Assembly: GCA_965224085.1 (NCBI GenBank)
Contig: CBDCYI010000005.1
Coordinates: 2,112,001-2,176,000 of the forward strand
Direction: 5' to 3'
Length of the DNA: 64,000 nucleotides
Source of the DNA: Candidatus Marinacidobacterales bacterium
GTDB taxonomy: Bacteria; Acidobacteriota; Vicinamibacteria; Marinacidobacterales; SMYC01
Position numbers and translations under genes: made by a program. Positions 21,865 to 32,284 of this stretch are shown here, piece after piece (the first letter of the stretch is position 1; every line of letters begins with the position of its first letter). The notes beneath the pieces were generated by a model, which did no database searches, was not told the origin of the DNA, and was given only the letters and a program-made list of their open reading frames with translations.

Positions 21865-22848
21865 TCAGTACGCAAAGAGGTCCCGGGCGGCGCGCACGAT
21901 GTCCTCGACTTGTGGTATGAAGGCATCTTCGAGAGACGCCGCATAGGGGACGGGCGTATCCGGCGCCGTAACGCGAACGATCGGACCGTCCAAGTCGTCG
22001 AACGCCTCCTCGACGATGATGGCAGCAATTTCGCCCCCCATGCCGCCCGTCCTGGTGTCTTCGTGAAGCAATATCACTTTGTTGATCCGCCCAACGGCTT
22101 CGAGAATACACTCCTTGTCCAAAGGCACGAGACTCCGAAGGTCAATCACTTCGAGCTCAATGCTTTCACCAGCGAGCACTTCGGCCGCATCGAGCGCCGT
22201 ATAGAGCATCGCACCATAAGTCACGAGCACGATGTGCTTGCCCCGTCGGCGGATCGCTGCCTTTCCGATCGGAACGAGCTCCTCTTGCCCGTCGAGCTCC
22301 TCGGCCGCCACTTTGATGTGGCGATACAACTTCTTGTGCTCTAAATAGAGAACCGGGTCCTCGTCGCGTATGGCAGACTTCATCAAGCCACGCGCATCCG
22401 CGACGGTCGCCGGCACAACGACTTTGATACCCGGGGTGTGCACGAAATGCATTTCTGGATTTTGCGAATGGAACGGTCCTGCGCGCACGCCGCCGCCGGT
22501 AGGCCCGCGCATGACGATCGGGACAACCGCGCCCCAACGATAGCGGCTCTTCGCGGCGAAATTCGTGATCATGTTGAACGCGTTGGCAATGAAGTCGATG
22601 AACTGAAACTCGACGATGGGCCGCAAGCCGTTGAAGGCCGCTCCAATCGCCACCCCCGTATAGCCCTCCTCGCTGATCGGCGTATCGATGACTCTCTCCG
22701 TGCCAAATTTATCGACAAAGCCAGCCGTGACCTTGAAAGCTCCTCCGTAGAGCCCGACATCTTCACCCAATAGCACGACGCTTTCATCGCGCTCCATCTC
22801 ATCCCACATCGCTTGGCGGATGGCTTCGAGATAGGTGATTTCGCTCAT
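21865..22848 (-). CDS. 2-oxoacid dehydrogenase E1 beta subunit
   Basis: GEDVG, DTPISE, EFQFIDF and GPFHSQ motifs. Confidence 0.93.
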   Translation of the reverse strand: MSEITYLEAIRQAMWDEMERDESVVLLGEDVGLYGGAFKVTAGFVDKFGTERVIDTPISEEGYTGVAIGAAFNGLRPIVEFQFIDFIANAFNMITNFAAKSRYRWGAVVPIVMRGPTGGGVRAGPFHSQNPEMHFVHTPGIKVVVPATVADARGLMKSAIRDEDPVLYLEHKKLYRHIKVAAEELDGQEELVPIGKAAIRRRGKHIVLVTYGAMLYTALDAAEVLAGESIELEVIDLRSLVPLDKECILEAVGRINKVILLHEDTRTGGMGGEIAAIIVEEAFDDLDGPIVRVTAPDTPVPYAASLEDAFIPQVEDIVRAARDLFAY

Positions 22849-22851
22849 GAA

Positions 22852-23829
22852 TCAGCTCGAAGCGAAAAGAGCGCTCTCAAAATATTGCGCCTTCGGCGCG
22901 GGGGCAGCGTCGGCCGTGCGCAGAGCGTCAGAGACGGCCTCTTCCGCACGCGCTACGAGCGTCGATCGATCGGCTTCCGAAAGCCAATCCTGCTGCAATA
23001 GAAATTTCTCGAACCGCCAAGCCGGATCGTTATCGACGTCTTTCGCGCCCTCGTCGTCATCGATGTCGTGCGCGCCGGCAGAGAAAGGCGCGGGAGAGGC
23101 ACTCTCATTGCCGAAGTAGCGGCGCGAGCTTCGAAGCACCGCCTCGATGAGCGTCGGACCATCCTGTGCGCGCGCCCTCTCCATGGCGGTCTCCACCACC
23201 TGAACGACTTGGAGCAAATCGCTGCCATCGACCGGCAGAGAGGCCACGCCATAGGCTTTGGCTCGCTCGTAGAGCTGCGCAACGCCCGAGCCCACCTCGT
23301 GGGACGGATAGCGCACGACGACGATAATGAGCGGCAGCTTCTGCACCGCGGCGAAGTTGACGCCTTCATGAAAGTCACCCGTCGCGACCGCCTCTTCAGG
23401 TATGAGCGCAAGCGCGACGCGTTCTTGTTGATGAGAGCGGTACCCAAAAGCCATCCCTGCCATTACACTCACATGCGTGGCAGGATGCCCCGTGGTCGAA
23501 ACGAGGCCTCGCGACAAGTCTCCAAAATAGCCCAAGCCGTCTCGCCCTTGACTCGGCGAAGTCTCCTTCCCGAGAAACTGAAGCACGATCTCTTCTGGTT
23601 TGACCCCTCGAAGCAAGAGCGTCCCGACGGTGGGCAGCGACGATGCGATCGCATCTTTCGGGGTCGGCGCAAAGGACGCACCCACGCTTACAGCCTCGAG
23701 GCCAGTCCGCAGAGCGAGCGGCGTTGTGAGCTCCTGTTCTCGGTGAAGCCGAGCGAGAGCCTCCTCGAGACGGCGCGTGAGCACCATGTAGTACAGAAGC
23801 TCTTGCAACTGCCGCTTGCCTAGGCGCAT
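22852..23829 (-). CDS. E1 alpha-like subunit with degenerate TPP-binding motif
   Basis: Operon position and TGDFHEGVNFAAVQKLP, AKAYG..VDGSDL, DGPTLIEA. The GDG...NN motif is replaced by PEE...RY. Confidence 0.8.
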   Translation of the reverse strand: MRLGKRQLQELLYYMVLTRRLEEALARLHREQELTTPLALRTGLEAVSVGASFAPTPKDAIASSLPTVGTLLLRGVKPEEIVLQFLGKETSPSQGRDGLGYFGDLSRGLVSTTGHPATHVSVMAGMAFGYRSHQQERVALALIPEEAVATGDFHEGVNFAAVQKLPLIIVVVRYPSHEVGSGVAQLYERAKAYGVASLPVDGSDLLQVVQVVETAMERARAQDGPTLIEAVLRSSRRYFGNESASPAPFSAGAHDIDDDEGAKDVDNDPAWRFEKFLLQQDWLSEADRSTLVARAEEAVSDALRTADAAPAPKAQYFESALFASS

Positions 23830-24512
23830 TAGTGGAGGCTCATCTCGAGCGCGCCTTTTGGGGCTCGAAACATCTCGCGATCGAAGGTACGTCCAAAGGC
23901 CAGCGCCAGATCATCTCTCACGGGACTACACGCAACTTGAGTGTCTAGAACATTTTCCATCGAGGTGACTGCGCGATCGAAGATACCACACGGAACGATA
24001 TGTTTGAAATGTTCGAGATTCGTCGAAACGTTCAGCGCCAAACCGTGCGAGCTCACCCAACGGGAAACGCGCACGCCAATGGCGGCGAGCTTTTCGCCGT
24101 CGTGCCAAACGCCGGTAAGCCCCGGCTCGCGCCTGGCGGTAATGCCGTGGGCTTTTAGAGCGATGAGGATCGTTTCCTCCAGCGCTCTCAGATAAGCGCG
24201 CAGATCTGTTTTCCAGCGCCTCAAATCGACGATGGGATAGACGACTATTTGCCCTGGGCCGTGATACGTGATGTCGCCGCCCCGCTCCGTTTCCACGAAG
24301 GTAGCGCCGATACGGGCGAGAAGCGCCGGATCCGCGAGAAGATGCTCCGGGTTCCCACTGGGCCCGAGCGTATAGACCGGAGGATGCTCGACGAACACGA
24401 GCACGTCCGGGATCCGCCCGGCTTGGCGCTCGACCACGAGCTCGCGCTGCAGCGCAAGCACGTCGCTATATTCCCGGCGCCCAAGATCCATGCGCCAGCA
24501 AGGATCAGACAT
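23829..24512 (-). CDS. lipB: Lipoyl(octanoyl) transferase
   Basis: EHPPVYTLG, RGGDITYHGPGQ, KLAAIG and IVPCG motifs. Confidence 0.94.
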   Translation of the reverse strand: MSDPCWRMDLGRREYSDVLALQRELVVERQAGRIPDVLVFVEHPPVYTLGPSGNPEHLLADPALLARIGATFVETERGGDITYHGPGQIVVYPIVDLRRWKTDLRAYLRALEETILIALKAHGITARREPGLTGVWHDGEKLAAIGVRVSRWVSSHGLALNVSTNLEHFKHIVPCGIFDRAVTSMENVLDTQVACSPVRDDLALAFGRTFDREMFRAPKGALEMSLH

Positions 24513-25911
24513 GGATGGGCATCTCGACGGCACCGTGCGCGGCTTCGGCGACGGCCTCCGAGAGTGTTGGGTGCGCGTGTACGGCGCGCATCAAAGACTC
24601 GGCGGTCGCCTCGTGCTCGAGCGCGACAACAGCCTCGGCAATGAGGTCGGTCGCGTGCGGGCCGATAATGTGGACCCCGAGGAGCTCGTCGTACCTCACC
24701 TCGCTCACGATCTTCACGAAGCCTTCATTGTCACCGAGAATCGTCGCTTTGGCGTTCGCGGCAAAGGGAAAGCGACCGACCTTCACGTCATAGCCCTTGT
24801 CTTTAGCGGCCGCCTCGGTGAGGCCCACGCTACCGACCTCCGGACGGCAATAGGTAGCCCCCGGCATGTGGGAGTAGTTCAAGGGACGCGCGGCGGCGTG
24901 GCCAGCGATACGCTCGACGGCGAGGATCGCTTCCGCGGAAGCGACGTGGGCGAGCTGTTGCGTGGCGACAACATCGCCGATCGCGTAGATCCCCTTGGCC
25001 GCCGTCTCCATATATTCGTCGACGACGACGTTGCCGCGATCGAGCTCGACGGCGGTCTGCTCGAGCCCGATCCCGTCGGTCCTCGACTTCCGCCCGACCG
25101 CGACGAGAAGCTTCGACACGGTGCGCTGGTCCGTCGTCCCGTCCGCCCGGGTGAAGCGGACGGAAACACCCTCCTCGGTCTTCGAGACGCCGTCGACACG
25201 CGTCGGGACCATCGTCTCGATCCCGCGCTTTTGAAAGGATTTGAGGAGGACCTCCGAGAGTTCCTCGTCTTCCACCGGCACGAGCCGAGGAAGAACCTCG
25301 AAAAGAGCTACTTTCGTGCCGAAGCTATGGAACATCGACGCGAACTCGACCCCTACCGCCCCGGCTCCAATGACCCCGAGGCTCTCGGGCTGAGAGGGCA
25401 GATCGAGCATTTCCGTGTTCGTCACGATGTGGCGCCGGTCGATCTCGACGCCCGGGATGGAGCGCGGATCGGAACCCGTCGCAACAATGATGGCTTTTGC
25501 CGATACCGGCTGGGCGCCTTCGGCCGTTTCCACTTCCAGCTTGCCCGGTGCGAGGATGCGGCCAAAGCCCGTGAGGGTCTCGACGTTGTTCTTTCGGAGC
25601 AGGAAGGCTACCCCGCCAGCGTTCTTCTTGATGATGCGCGCCTTACGCTTGAGAAGCGCCGGCCAATCCAGCCGGAGCCCCTCGACGACCACGCCGTGCG
25701 CGCCCGCCTGGCGCACTTGATCGAGAAGTTCCGCGGTGTGGAGAAAAACTTTGCTCGGGATGCAGCCTACATGGAGGCACGTGCCCCCGAAATGCGGGTC
25801 TTTTTCGATAACGAGCGTTTTCAGCCCGAGCTGACCCGCACGAATGGCCGCAACATAGCCGCCGGGTCCACTGCCCAGAATCGCCACATCGTAATGGGTC
25901 GCGTTTGCCAT
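24505..25911 (-). CDS. lpdA: Dihydrolipoyl dehydrogenase
   Basis: GSGPGG, GGTCLHVGCIPSK and HAHPTLSE motifs. Confidence 0.96.
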   Translation of the reverse strand: MANATHYDVAILGSGPGGYVAAIRAGQLGLKTLVIEKDPHFGGTCLHVGCIPSKVFLHTAELLDQVRQAGAHGVVVEGLRLDWPALLKRKARIIKKNAGGVAFLLRKNNVETLTGFGRILAPGKLEVETAEGAQPVSAKAIIVATGSDPRSIPGVEIDRRHIVTNTEMLDLPSQPESLGVIGAGAVGVEFASMFHSFGTKVALFEVLPRLVPVEDEELSEVLLKSFQKRGIETMVPTRVDGVSKTEEGVSVRFTRADGTTDQRTVSKLLVAVGRKSRTDGIGLEQTAVELDRGNVVVDEYMETAAKGIYAIGDVVATQQLAHVASAEAILAVERIAGHAAARPLNYSHMPGATYCRPEVGSVGLTEAAAKDKGYDVKVGRFPFAANAKATILGDNEGFVKIVSEVRYDELLGVHIIGPHATDLIAEAVVALEHEATAESLMRAVHAHPTLSEAVAEAAHGAVEMPIHV

Positions 25912-26315
25912 AATGTCCTTCGGCTGTTCCGTTTTTTGTTCGTACGCGTCTTTCGCGACGAGAAAACATCAATTCGAGTATAACGTATTTAGAAACAATT
26001 GTTTACAACAGTACCCTTCGGTTCCGGCCGCAAAGTGTATCGCGGTGGAACGAGACGAGGCAAATAAATCGTTGCGATAAGGCCATATACTTATATATTT
26101 ATTTAGAGTCTTTCGGTTGGTCGCGTGTGATAAACTGACGAAGTATGGCTCGCCCAGTGGCATCTATTGAGTTTTACTAGGCTTATACGGATCGCTCGTC
26201 AGACCATCCCCAAGAACAGTGCTGAAGTTTCAAGATACAGTTGAGTCGATCCGCATGAGTCGAAATGTGTCGGGCCGCATTCGGGAACGCCCCGACCATC
26301 TATACCAGTTCAGTG

Positions 26316-27041
26316 ATGGCCAAACCTAAAAGAAGCAAGAAAAAACCCGCTCGCGCCCAAGCGAAGAAGAAGAAGGCCGCTTCCACGAGGAAGTTCGCCT
26401 CGAAGCCGAAGAAGAAGAACAAGAAGAAGAACAAGAAGAACAAGAAGAAAACTGCCAAAAAGGCACGAGCCGCGTCCAAACCGAAGAGGAAAACGGCGAG
26501 CAAATCGGCTGCGAAGCGGAAATCATCTCCGCGCTCAGTCAAACGCGCCGTACCGGCCCTGGAGCCCGCGCCCCCAACCCTCGTCCCCGTACCGCTCCCT
26601 GGCGGCGTCCGCGCTCGGCGTCCAGACGAGCTCAACGAGCGCTCCGCACACTTAGACAAGATCAAACAGCTGTTCGAGTCTGCGCCCATCAGCCGCTATC
26701 TGGGTATGTCGCTGGGATATTGCGAGAACGGCGTGGCGCGCGTCCGGCTCCCTTTCCGTAAGGACTTCGAAGAAGGTCACGGAGTCATCCACGGCGGTCT
26801 CGTCGGACTGGTCGGTGACACCGCGGGCAATTTTGCCGTCGGCTCGGTCTCACCCGGCTCCACCGTAAAGACGGTCGAGTTCAAGCTGAGTCTTCTGACC
26901 GGAGTGCAAGGCGATTTGCTCGCAATCGGCGAAGTCGTGCGCAAAGGCCGCACCCTCGCAACCTGCCGTCTCGAAATCGTAGAAGGCAACGATCGCGTAG
27001 TAGCAATCGGGCTCGCCACCTACGCACTCCAAGCGATCTAA
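26316..27041 (+). CDS. PaaI-family thioesterase with Lys/Ala-rich N-terminal extension
   Basis: Hotdog motif GVIHGG...DTAG and VVRKGRTL; the first ~75 aa are highly basic. Confidence 0.8.
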   Translation: MAKPKRSKKKPARAQAKKKKAASTRKFASKPKKKNKKKNKKNKKKTAKKARAASKPKRKTASKSAAKRKSSPRSVKRAVPALEPAPPTLVPVPLPGGVRARRPDELNERSAHLDKIKQLFESAPISRYLGMSLGYCENGVARVRLPFRKDFEEGHGVIHGGLVGLVGDTAGNFAVGSVSPGSTVKTVEFKLSLLTGVQGDLLAIGEVVRKGRTLATCRLEIVEGNDRVVAIGLATYALQAI

Positions 27042-27120
27042 CGGCCAAACCATCGCGATCAATAATAAGAAAAGCGCAAAGGCGCTAGAAATGACGATCG
27101 TCTTTTTATTTGATCGCTTT

Positions 27121-28029
27121 TTACGCTTGGCGCGGCTCGGCTTCCACGAAGACACGTTTCACGCGGGGCAGCGTTTGTTTTAGCTGACGGTCCACGTCCG
27201 CTATCACCTTTTCGATGTCGTCGGCGGAAGCGGAATCGACGAACTCCACGCTCAAGTTGACGAGAATGAAGTCCGGCCCCATGTGCATCGTCAAGACTTC
27301 GTTCACATGCTGGATTTGTGGCGCGCTCACGGCGATCCGTCGGATGCACGCCACGACCTCGGGATTGGCGCTCTCTCCAATCAAAAGACTCTTCGTCTCG
27401 GCCGCGAGCCAAACCGCTGTCCCCGCGAGGATGAGCCCAATGACGATCGAGGCCCCGCCGTCGAAATAGGGGATGCCCGTGAGTTGGTTCAAGAGCACGC
27501 CCAAAAAAGCGACGATGAGACCGGCCATGGCCGCGGTGTCCTCGAACAGCACGACGAACAGCGTTGGGTCTTTCCCTTCGTGGACGGCACGGATGTAGCC
27601 TCGGCGGCCCTTGTGTACTTTGAATTCTCTCCATGCGTATAACCACGCCGCGCCTTCGATGAGCATCGCGAGACCGAGAACGATGTAGTTGACGTAGGGG
27701 CTTTCGATGGGCTCGGGGTGGCGGAGGTGCAAGATACCTTCATAGATGGAGACGCCCGCGCCGACAGCGAAGATCAGCATCGCTACGATGAAGCTCCAGA
27801 AGTAGAGCTCCTTGCCGTGGCCGAACGGGAACTCCCGGTCCGCAGGACGCTTCGCGCGCTTCATTCCGTAGAGCAGAAGCACTTGATTCCCGGTATCCAC
27901 GAGCGAGTGGATGCCCTCGGACAGCATCGCCGAGCTTCCCGTCACCGTCGCCGCGACGAACTTCGTCACCGCGATCAAACTGTTGCCGAGCAGCGCGGCA
28001 TAAATGACTTTCTTGGACGATGCGGCCAT
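27121..28029 (-). CDS. Cation diffusion facilitator transporter
   Basis: SSAMLSEGIHSLVDTGNQ, FPFGHGKE and LFED motifs; multiple TM segments. Confidence 0.9.
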   Translation of the reverse strand: MAASSKKVIYAALLGNSLIAVTKFVAATVTGSSAMLSEGIHSLVDTGNQVLLLYGMKRAKRPADREFPFGHGKELYFWSFIVAMLIFAVGAGVSIYEGILHLRHPEPIESPYVNYIVLGLAMLIEGAAWLYAWREFKVHKGRRGYIRAVHEGKDPTLFVVLFEDTAAMAGLIVAFLGVLLNQLTGIPYFDGGASIVIGLILAGTAVWLAAETKSLLIGESANPEVVACIRRIAVSAPQIQHVNEVLTMHMGPDFILVNLSVEFVDSASADDIEKVIADVDRQLKQTLPRVKRVFVEAEPRQA

Positions 28030-28030
28030 G

Positions 28031-28816
28031 TCAGATGGGGGCGTTTGGACCGACGAATCTCCACATATCGTCGAAGAGCACTTCCTTGCTGGCCGTCAAG
28101 CGGTGGTCCCCGCCGGCGATCTCGATGAGCTCCACTCCTTCGACCCTTTCAGCGAAAGAACGTGACAACTGGCAAGGCACGACAGCGTCGTCCGAGCCGT
28201 GGAGGATCAAGCTCGGCGTTTTCAGCTTGCGGACCAAACCTATCATTGGATAGCGCGACTCGTCTTCCACGAGACCATATCCTAATTCGATAACCGCGTG
28301 GCCGATGTCCAAGTGGATTTTACCCTCGCTTCGCCACTTCTGGGCTCTCCCGCGCCCGAGCGACAACATAAGGCGGCCCGCCATCTCGAAAGCCGGCGCG
28401 ATGACGAGGTTGCGGGTGACGATTCCCGGCTTCTGCGCCAAGAACCAAAGCGCGGTGAGACCGCCCATGGACGAGCCGATCAAATGCACCGCTGCAAACG
28501 GTCCGTGCTGCTCTTCGACATGACGCAGTCCACGTTCGAGATCCCTTAGGTTGCGCGTCAAGGAGAGCTCCAGCAATTCTCCCTCCGAGTCCCCGTGACC
28601 CGTCATGTCGAGGCTCGCGAAGGCTTCCCCGCGACGCGCGATCTGTCGCGCGAAATAGAGCGCCTTCTCTCCGCGGCGGTTCGAGCTCAACCCATGGAGA
28701 AAAACCCACAAGCGTGAGCCCTTGCGCGCCGCCGGCACGAAATCCAGCGCGAGTCTCGACTCACCTTCGGCGCTCGGCTCGACCCACTGGGGGGGCTCTC
28801 ACTCATTAGGCCGCAT
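28031..28816 (-). CDS. Alpha/beta hydrolase
   Basis: HGLSS, GSSMGG, HGSDDAVVP and GGDH. The frame is open up to an ATG at 28816. Confidence 0.85.
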
Positions 28817-28830
28817 ACGTGTTGGGCTAG

Positions 28831-30832
28831 CCCATGTTTCCCTTTTAGGTCTCTAAGTCATCATAAACAAAGGACTGAGATCCGCGGTTTGTCTCTACGC
28901 TGACAGCACCTCCTCGGAGAAGGCTGGCGGGTCGCGTTCAACGATTCCGAGTGCAGTCAGGATCGAGTTGGCGCGAGCGGTGCCGCGCGTGACGACGCGC
29001 TTGGTCCGCCCAGAACCCAGCTGTAAGTCGACGAGCCGGACCGAGCGTAGCGCTTGTAGTGCCTCGGTTGCGGACAGGTCGAGTTCGGCGACCTTGAGCT
29101 TTTTCTCAAGAGCCCGATGCACAAGGAAGGCCAGCGTAGCTACGAAAAGATGTGCCTCCACACGCTCATCGGTCTGGTGGTAAACGGGACGCATCTCAAT
29201 GACATCCTTAAGGCATGAGAAGGCTCGCTCGACCTCGTTTAGGTCCTTGTAAAGGCGCACGGCGTCGACCGGAGAGAGGTTTTGCTCCTCGGTTTGAATA
29301 ACGTACTTACCCTCGTAGGCTTGCTCGCGCTTGAGGTTGACCGGGTGCTCGAAGAAGCGGAAGCGAGCGTTTTTGTACTCCCAGTCGTAGTAACGGTGAC
29401 CGTGGTGGCGTGCCTGTATGCGCGCGGCGGCGGCACCGATTTTCTCGGGGGCTTTCAATCGTCCCTCGCGCACGCGGCGCTCGAGGGCCTCGAATGCCGC
29501 ACGGGCACGTCCCATGGCCCGCAGCCTCTGCCCGCGCTCGTAGGCGAGCCTTTCGTCGCTGTGAACGACGAAGATGCGCACGCCAGACTGCTCGGAGCGG
29601 ACTTCTTGCACACGAGTCTTAGGTGGCTCGGCTTTTTCGCTCACCGTGATGCCACCAGGGCAGTCGATCCACTCTCCGCTGGCGCGCTCGATGTAACGAT
29701 AGACCTCCTCGCGCCGTCGTCTTTGCAGCCCGACGAGATAGCCCTGCTTGCGCGAGCGCACCACCGCCAGGCTGTCGCTCGTTACCATCCCTCGGTCGCC
29801 GACAAAAACCACGCGGTGCAAACCGAATCGTTCGTTGAGATCGTTGAGCACCTGCGGCACCGTTTTCGCGTCACGCCAGTTGCCGGCGAAAACATGGTGG
29901 GCGATCGGCCAACCGTCCACCATCACCAGACCGACAAGCACTTGCCGGTTACGCGGTCTGCGGTCGCGACTGTAGCCGTGGGCGCCGAGCCCCGGAGGGC
30001 CTTGACCTTCGAAGTACGTCGACGTCAGGTCGTAAAACACCATGTCAACCTCAAGCGAAAACAGATCCCGCAAGCGCAAAAACAGCTCTTTCTCGATCTG
30101 TTCTTTGCGGGCATGCAGCTGGTCGAGCGTTCGGTACCATTGCTTGAGTTGGCGAAACTCCACGCGAACCCGCGGGGAGCGACTCGCTCGCCGCTCCCCA
30201 TCATCGCGCCACTGCGGCACCCACCGCCGCCCCTGCCGGTCGCAGACGAAGTCGGTCTCGAGCCAGCGCGCCAGACCGTGCTCGCTTGACGGAGCACATA
30301 GCCGGTTGGCGACCAGCACCAAAGCTCGCTCGCTTAGCGCCACTCCGTCGCGCTTGCCGCGGCCTCCGAGCCGGTCGAGAATCTGCTCCAGTCCGAGCTC
30401 GCGCCACAGCGTCGCCGTCACCACCATCGGACCCCAATCCCACGCGTCTGCCCCCGCGATCTGCTCGGCTGCTCGCTCGGTGTCGGCCGGTTCACCGGCC
30501 CCAAGCAACCGATTGAGGGAGTCGAGATTGGCAACTAGGAGATCCTTGCGCCCCAAGTTGCACACTACGCGTTGCCTCGGCTTGCCGTGCTCCCGATACG
30601 ACTCGACCAGGCGGACATACTCATGTTGAACCCCTTTGCCGCCTGCGGCCCGAACGATGCGGAAGAACATAACCTGTCCTCACGCATACTACATATCATT
30701 GTCCACGATTACAACGTATTAATGGCGCTCAAAGCACAATATCTGTCTCTACGTTTTGGGCAAATTCAACCCCCGTTCCTTTGAATTCAGTCACTTACGA
30801 GCGTTAGGGTGCCCATAAAGGGTAAACATGGG
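28831..30832 (-). mobile_element. IS1634-family insertion sequence with CTAG direct repeat
   Basis: Imperfect terminal IRs CCCATGTTTCCCTTTTA and TAAAGGGTAAACATGGG, flanked by CTAG at 28827-28830 and 30833-30836. Confidence 0.88.
28895..30670 (-). CDS. IS1634-family transposase
   Basis: YVRLVESYR, FYDLTSTYFEG, GYSRD, VGDRGM, VERAFSCLK and RPVYH motifs. Confidence 0.92.
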   Translation of the reverse strand: MFFRIVRAAGGKGVQHEYVRLVESYREHGKPRQRVVCNLGRKDLLVANLDSLNRLLGAGEPADTERAAEQIAGADAWDWGPMVVTATLWRELGLEQILDRLGGRGKRDGVALSERALVLVANRLCAPSSEHGLARWLETDFVCDRQGRRWVPQWRDDGERRASRSPRVRVEFRQLKQWYRTLDQLHARKEQIEKELFLRLRDLFSLEVDMVFYDLTSTYFEGQGPPGLGAHGYSRDRRPRNRQVLVGLVMVDGWPIAHHVFAGNWRDAKTVPQVLNDLNERFGLHRVVFVGDRGMVTSDSLAVVRSRKQGYLVGLQRRRREEVYRYIERASGEWIDCPGGITVSEKAEPPKTRVQEVRSEQSGVRIFVVHSDERLAYERGQRLRAMGRARAAFEALERRVREGRLKAPEKIGAAAARIQARHHGHRYYDWEYKNARFRFFEHPVNLKREQAYEGKYVIQTEEQNLSPVDAVRLYKDLNEVERAFSCLKDVIEMRPVYHQTDERVEAHLFVATLAFLVHRALEKKLKVAELDLSATEALQALRSVRLVDLQLGSGRTKRVVTRGTARANSILTALGIVERDPPAFSEEVLSA

Positions 30833-30914
30833 CTAGGATATAGCCTTGCGCGAGCGCGGTCTAATTGCTGACAACTTCAAACTGACACCTGAACAAGTCT
30901 AGCGTCGCGAGCAC

Positions 30915-31610
30915 TCAGCTGTCCACGAGAGCTCGGGCTTTCTTGAATACGCGGTGGAACATCGAGCGCGTGAGCCTCCCAGTGAACGTGTTCTGCTGGC
31001 TCGGATGGTAGCTTCCGAGAAGGCGCAACCCGCCGGACAACGTGGCGTCCGAGCCGTGCGCAAACTTGGGCTTCGGGTTCGGGAGCTCGCGCCCCGAATC
31101 ACGCCACGCCGCGACAAAACCGTCGAATCCTATACGGCCGAGTGCGAGCACCACTCTCAATTCGGTCATCGCTTCGAACTCGAGCAAAAGAAACGGGCGA
31201 CAACGCAGGATCTCCTCGCGCGTCGGCTTGTTGTCTGGCGGCGCACAGTGGGCGATTGCGGTGATGTAGGCGGAGTCGAGGCGAAGCCCGTCATCGCGCC
31301 CTTTCGATTCCGCCTGGTTCGCGAAACCGTAGCGACAGAGCGCGCCGTACAACCAATCGCCGCTGCGGTCCCCGGTAAACATCCGCCCGGTGCGATTCGC
31401 CCCATGGGCCGCGGGTGCGAGGCCGACAATGAGAAGGCGCGCGTCAAGATCGCCAAAAGACGGTACCGCTCTTCCCCAGTATTCTTCATTGGCGAAGCGT
31501 TTGATCTTCACCGAGGCGACCCGTTCGCGGTGTGCGACTAGGCGGGGGCACTGCCGACACTGAACGATATTGCTCTGGATGCGATCGAGCTTCTCTGGGG
31601 CTTCGGACAT
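30915..31610 (-). CDS. Uracil-DNA glycosylase, family 5 (UdgB-like)
   Basis: CRQCPRL, GLAPAAHGANRTGRMFTGD, CAPPDNKP and YHPSQQNT motifs. Confidence 0.9.
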   Translation of the reverse strand: MSEAPEKLDRIQSNIVQCRQCPRLVAHRERVASVKIKRFANEEYWGRAVPSFGDLDARLLIVGLAPAAHGANRTGRMFTGDRSGDWLYGALCRYGFANQAESKGRDDGLRLDSAYITAIAHCAPPDNKPTREEILRCRPFLLLEFEAMTELRVVLALGRIGFDGFVAAWRDSGRELPNPKPKFAHGSDATLSGGLRLLGSYHPSQQNTFTGRLTRSMFHRVFKKARALVDS

Positions 31611-31627
31611 GGTTAGAATGACGGAGC

Positions 31628-31909
31628 ATAACAAGAAAGACCTGGGCAACGTTCGCGCCGCCTCGCATCCGAGAATGGTCGGGGTTTCTGACGGACGCCG
31701 ATTGCGGGGCCACCGGCGGCAAACAAGGCGCTTTGCACGTTCGATGTGCCGAACGGTGCATCCGCGCAGGACAGCAGCCGATGTTGTATACACGAGGGAA
31801 GCTCTATCGCCTCGACGGCTACCAGCACCTTGCGATCGTTCGCGGCGAGCCGCTCCGATTCAAAGGCTGGTTGGAAGCCGATACGATCCACGTCTTGGAT
31901 GGCGAGTAG
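31628..31909 (+). pseudogene. Small Cys/His protein lacking a canonical start codon
   Basis: Open frame ITRKTW...EWSGFLTDADCGATGGKQGALHVRCAERCIRAGQQPMLY...FKGWLEADTIHVLDGE*, beginning with ATA just after GGAG. Confidence 0.5.
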
Positions 31910-32284
31910 AATACCGCTCTCTTAACAACAACCCGCCGAAGCAAAAGCAACGTACGGCGCCCCTGCCCTTGCTCCGGCGCAACGGACGGCGGCCCAGGAG
32001 AAACGCTTACGCCACAATTCGGCTCAAAACGCGCTCTTCCCGGACCGCCATCACGCTGCATGCCCATCGACCAACCAGGGGCTATTGCAACGGCGATGCC
32101 AGCGCGCGCGTTCACGGTGAAAGCACACTAACCCGTCTGATAACAAGCCTTTAGCTCGGGAGCGCAAATCGGCGGTGGTGTAGCCTGAACAGCCACACTT
32201 CGAAGCGCGCGTAGTGGATCGTAGCGGCCGGCGACGAATCGGTGGAGTCGAGGCAAGCTTTCCCCGACCGGCAACGACAACACT

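Noticed and set aside
26400-26450. Short tandem repeat as a CRISPR or contingency locus
   Set aside because: These are in-frame 12-nt lysine-codon units without spacers.
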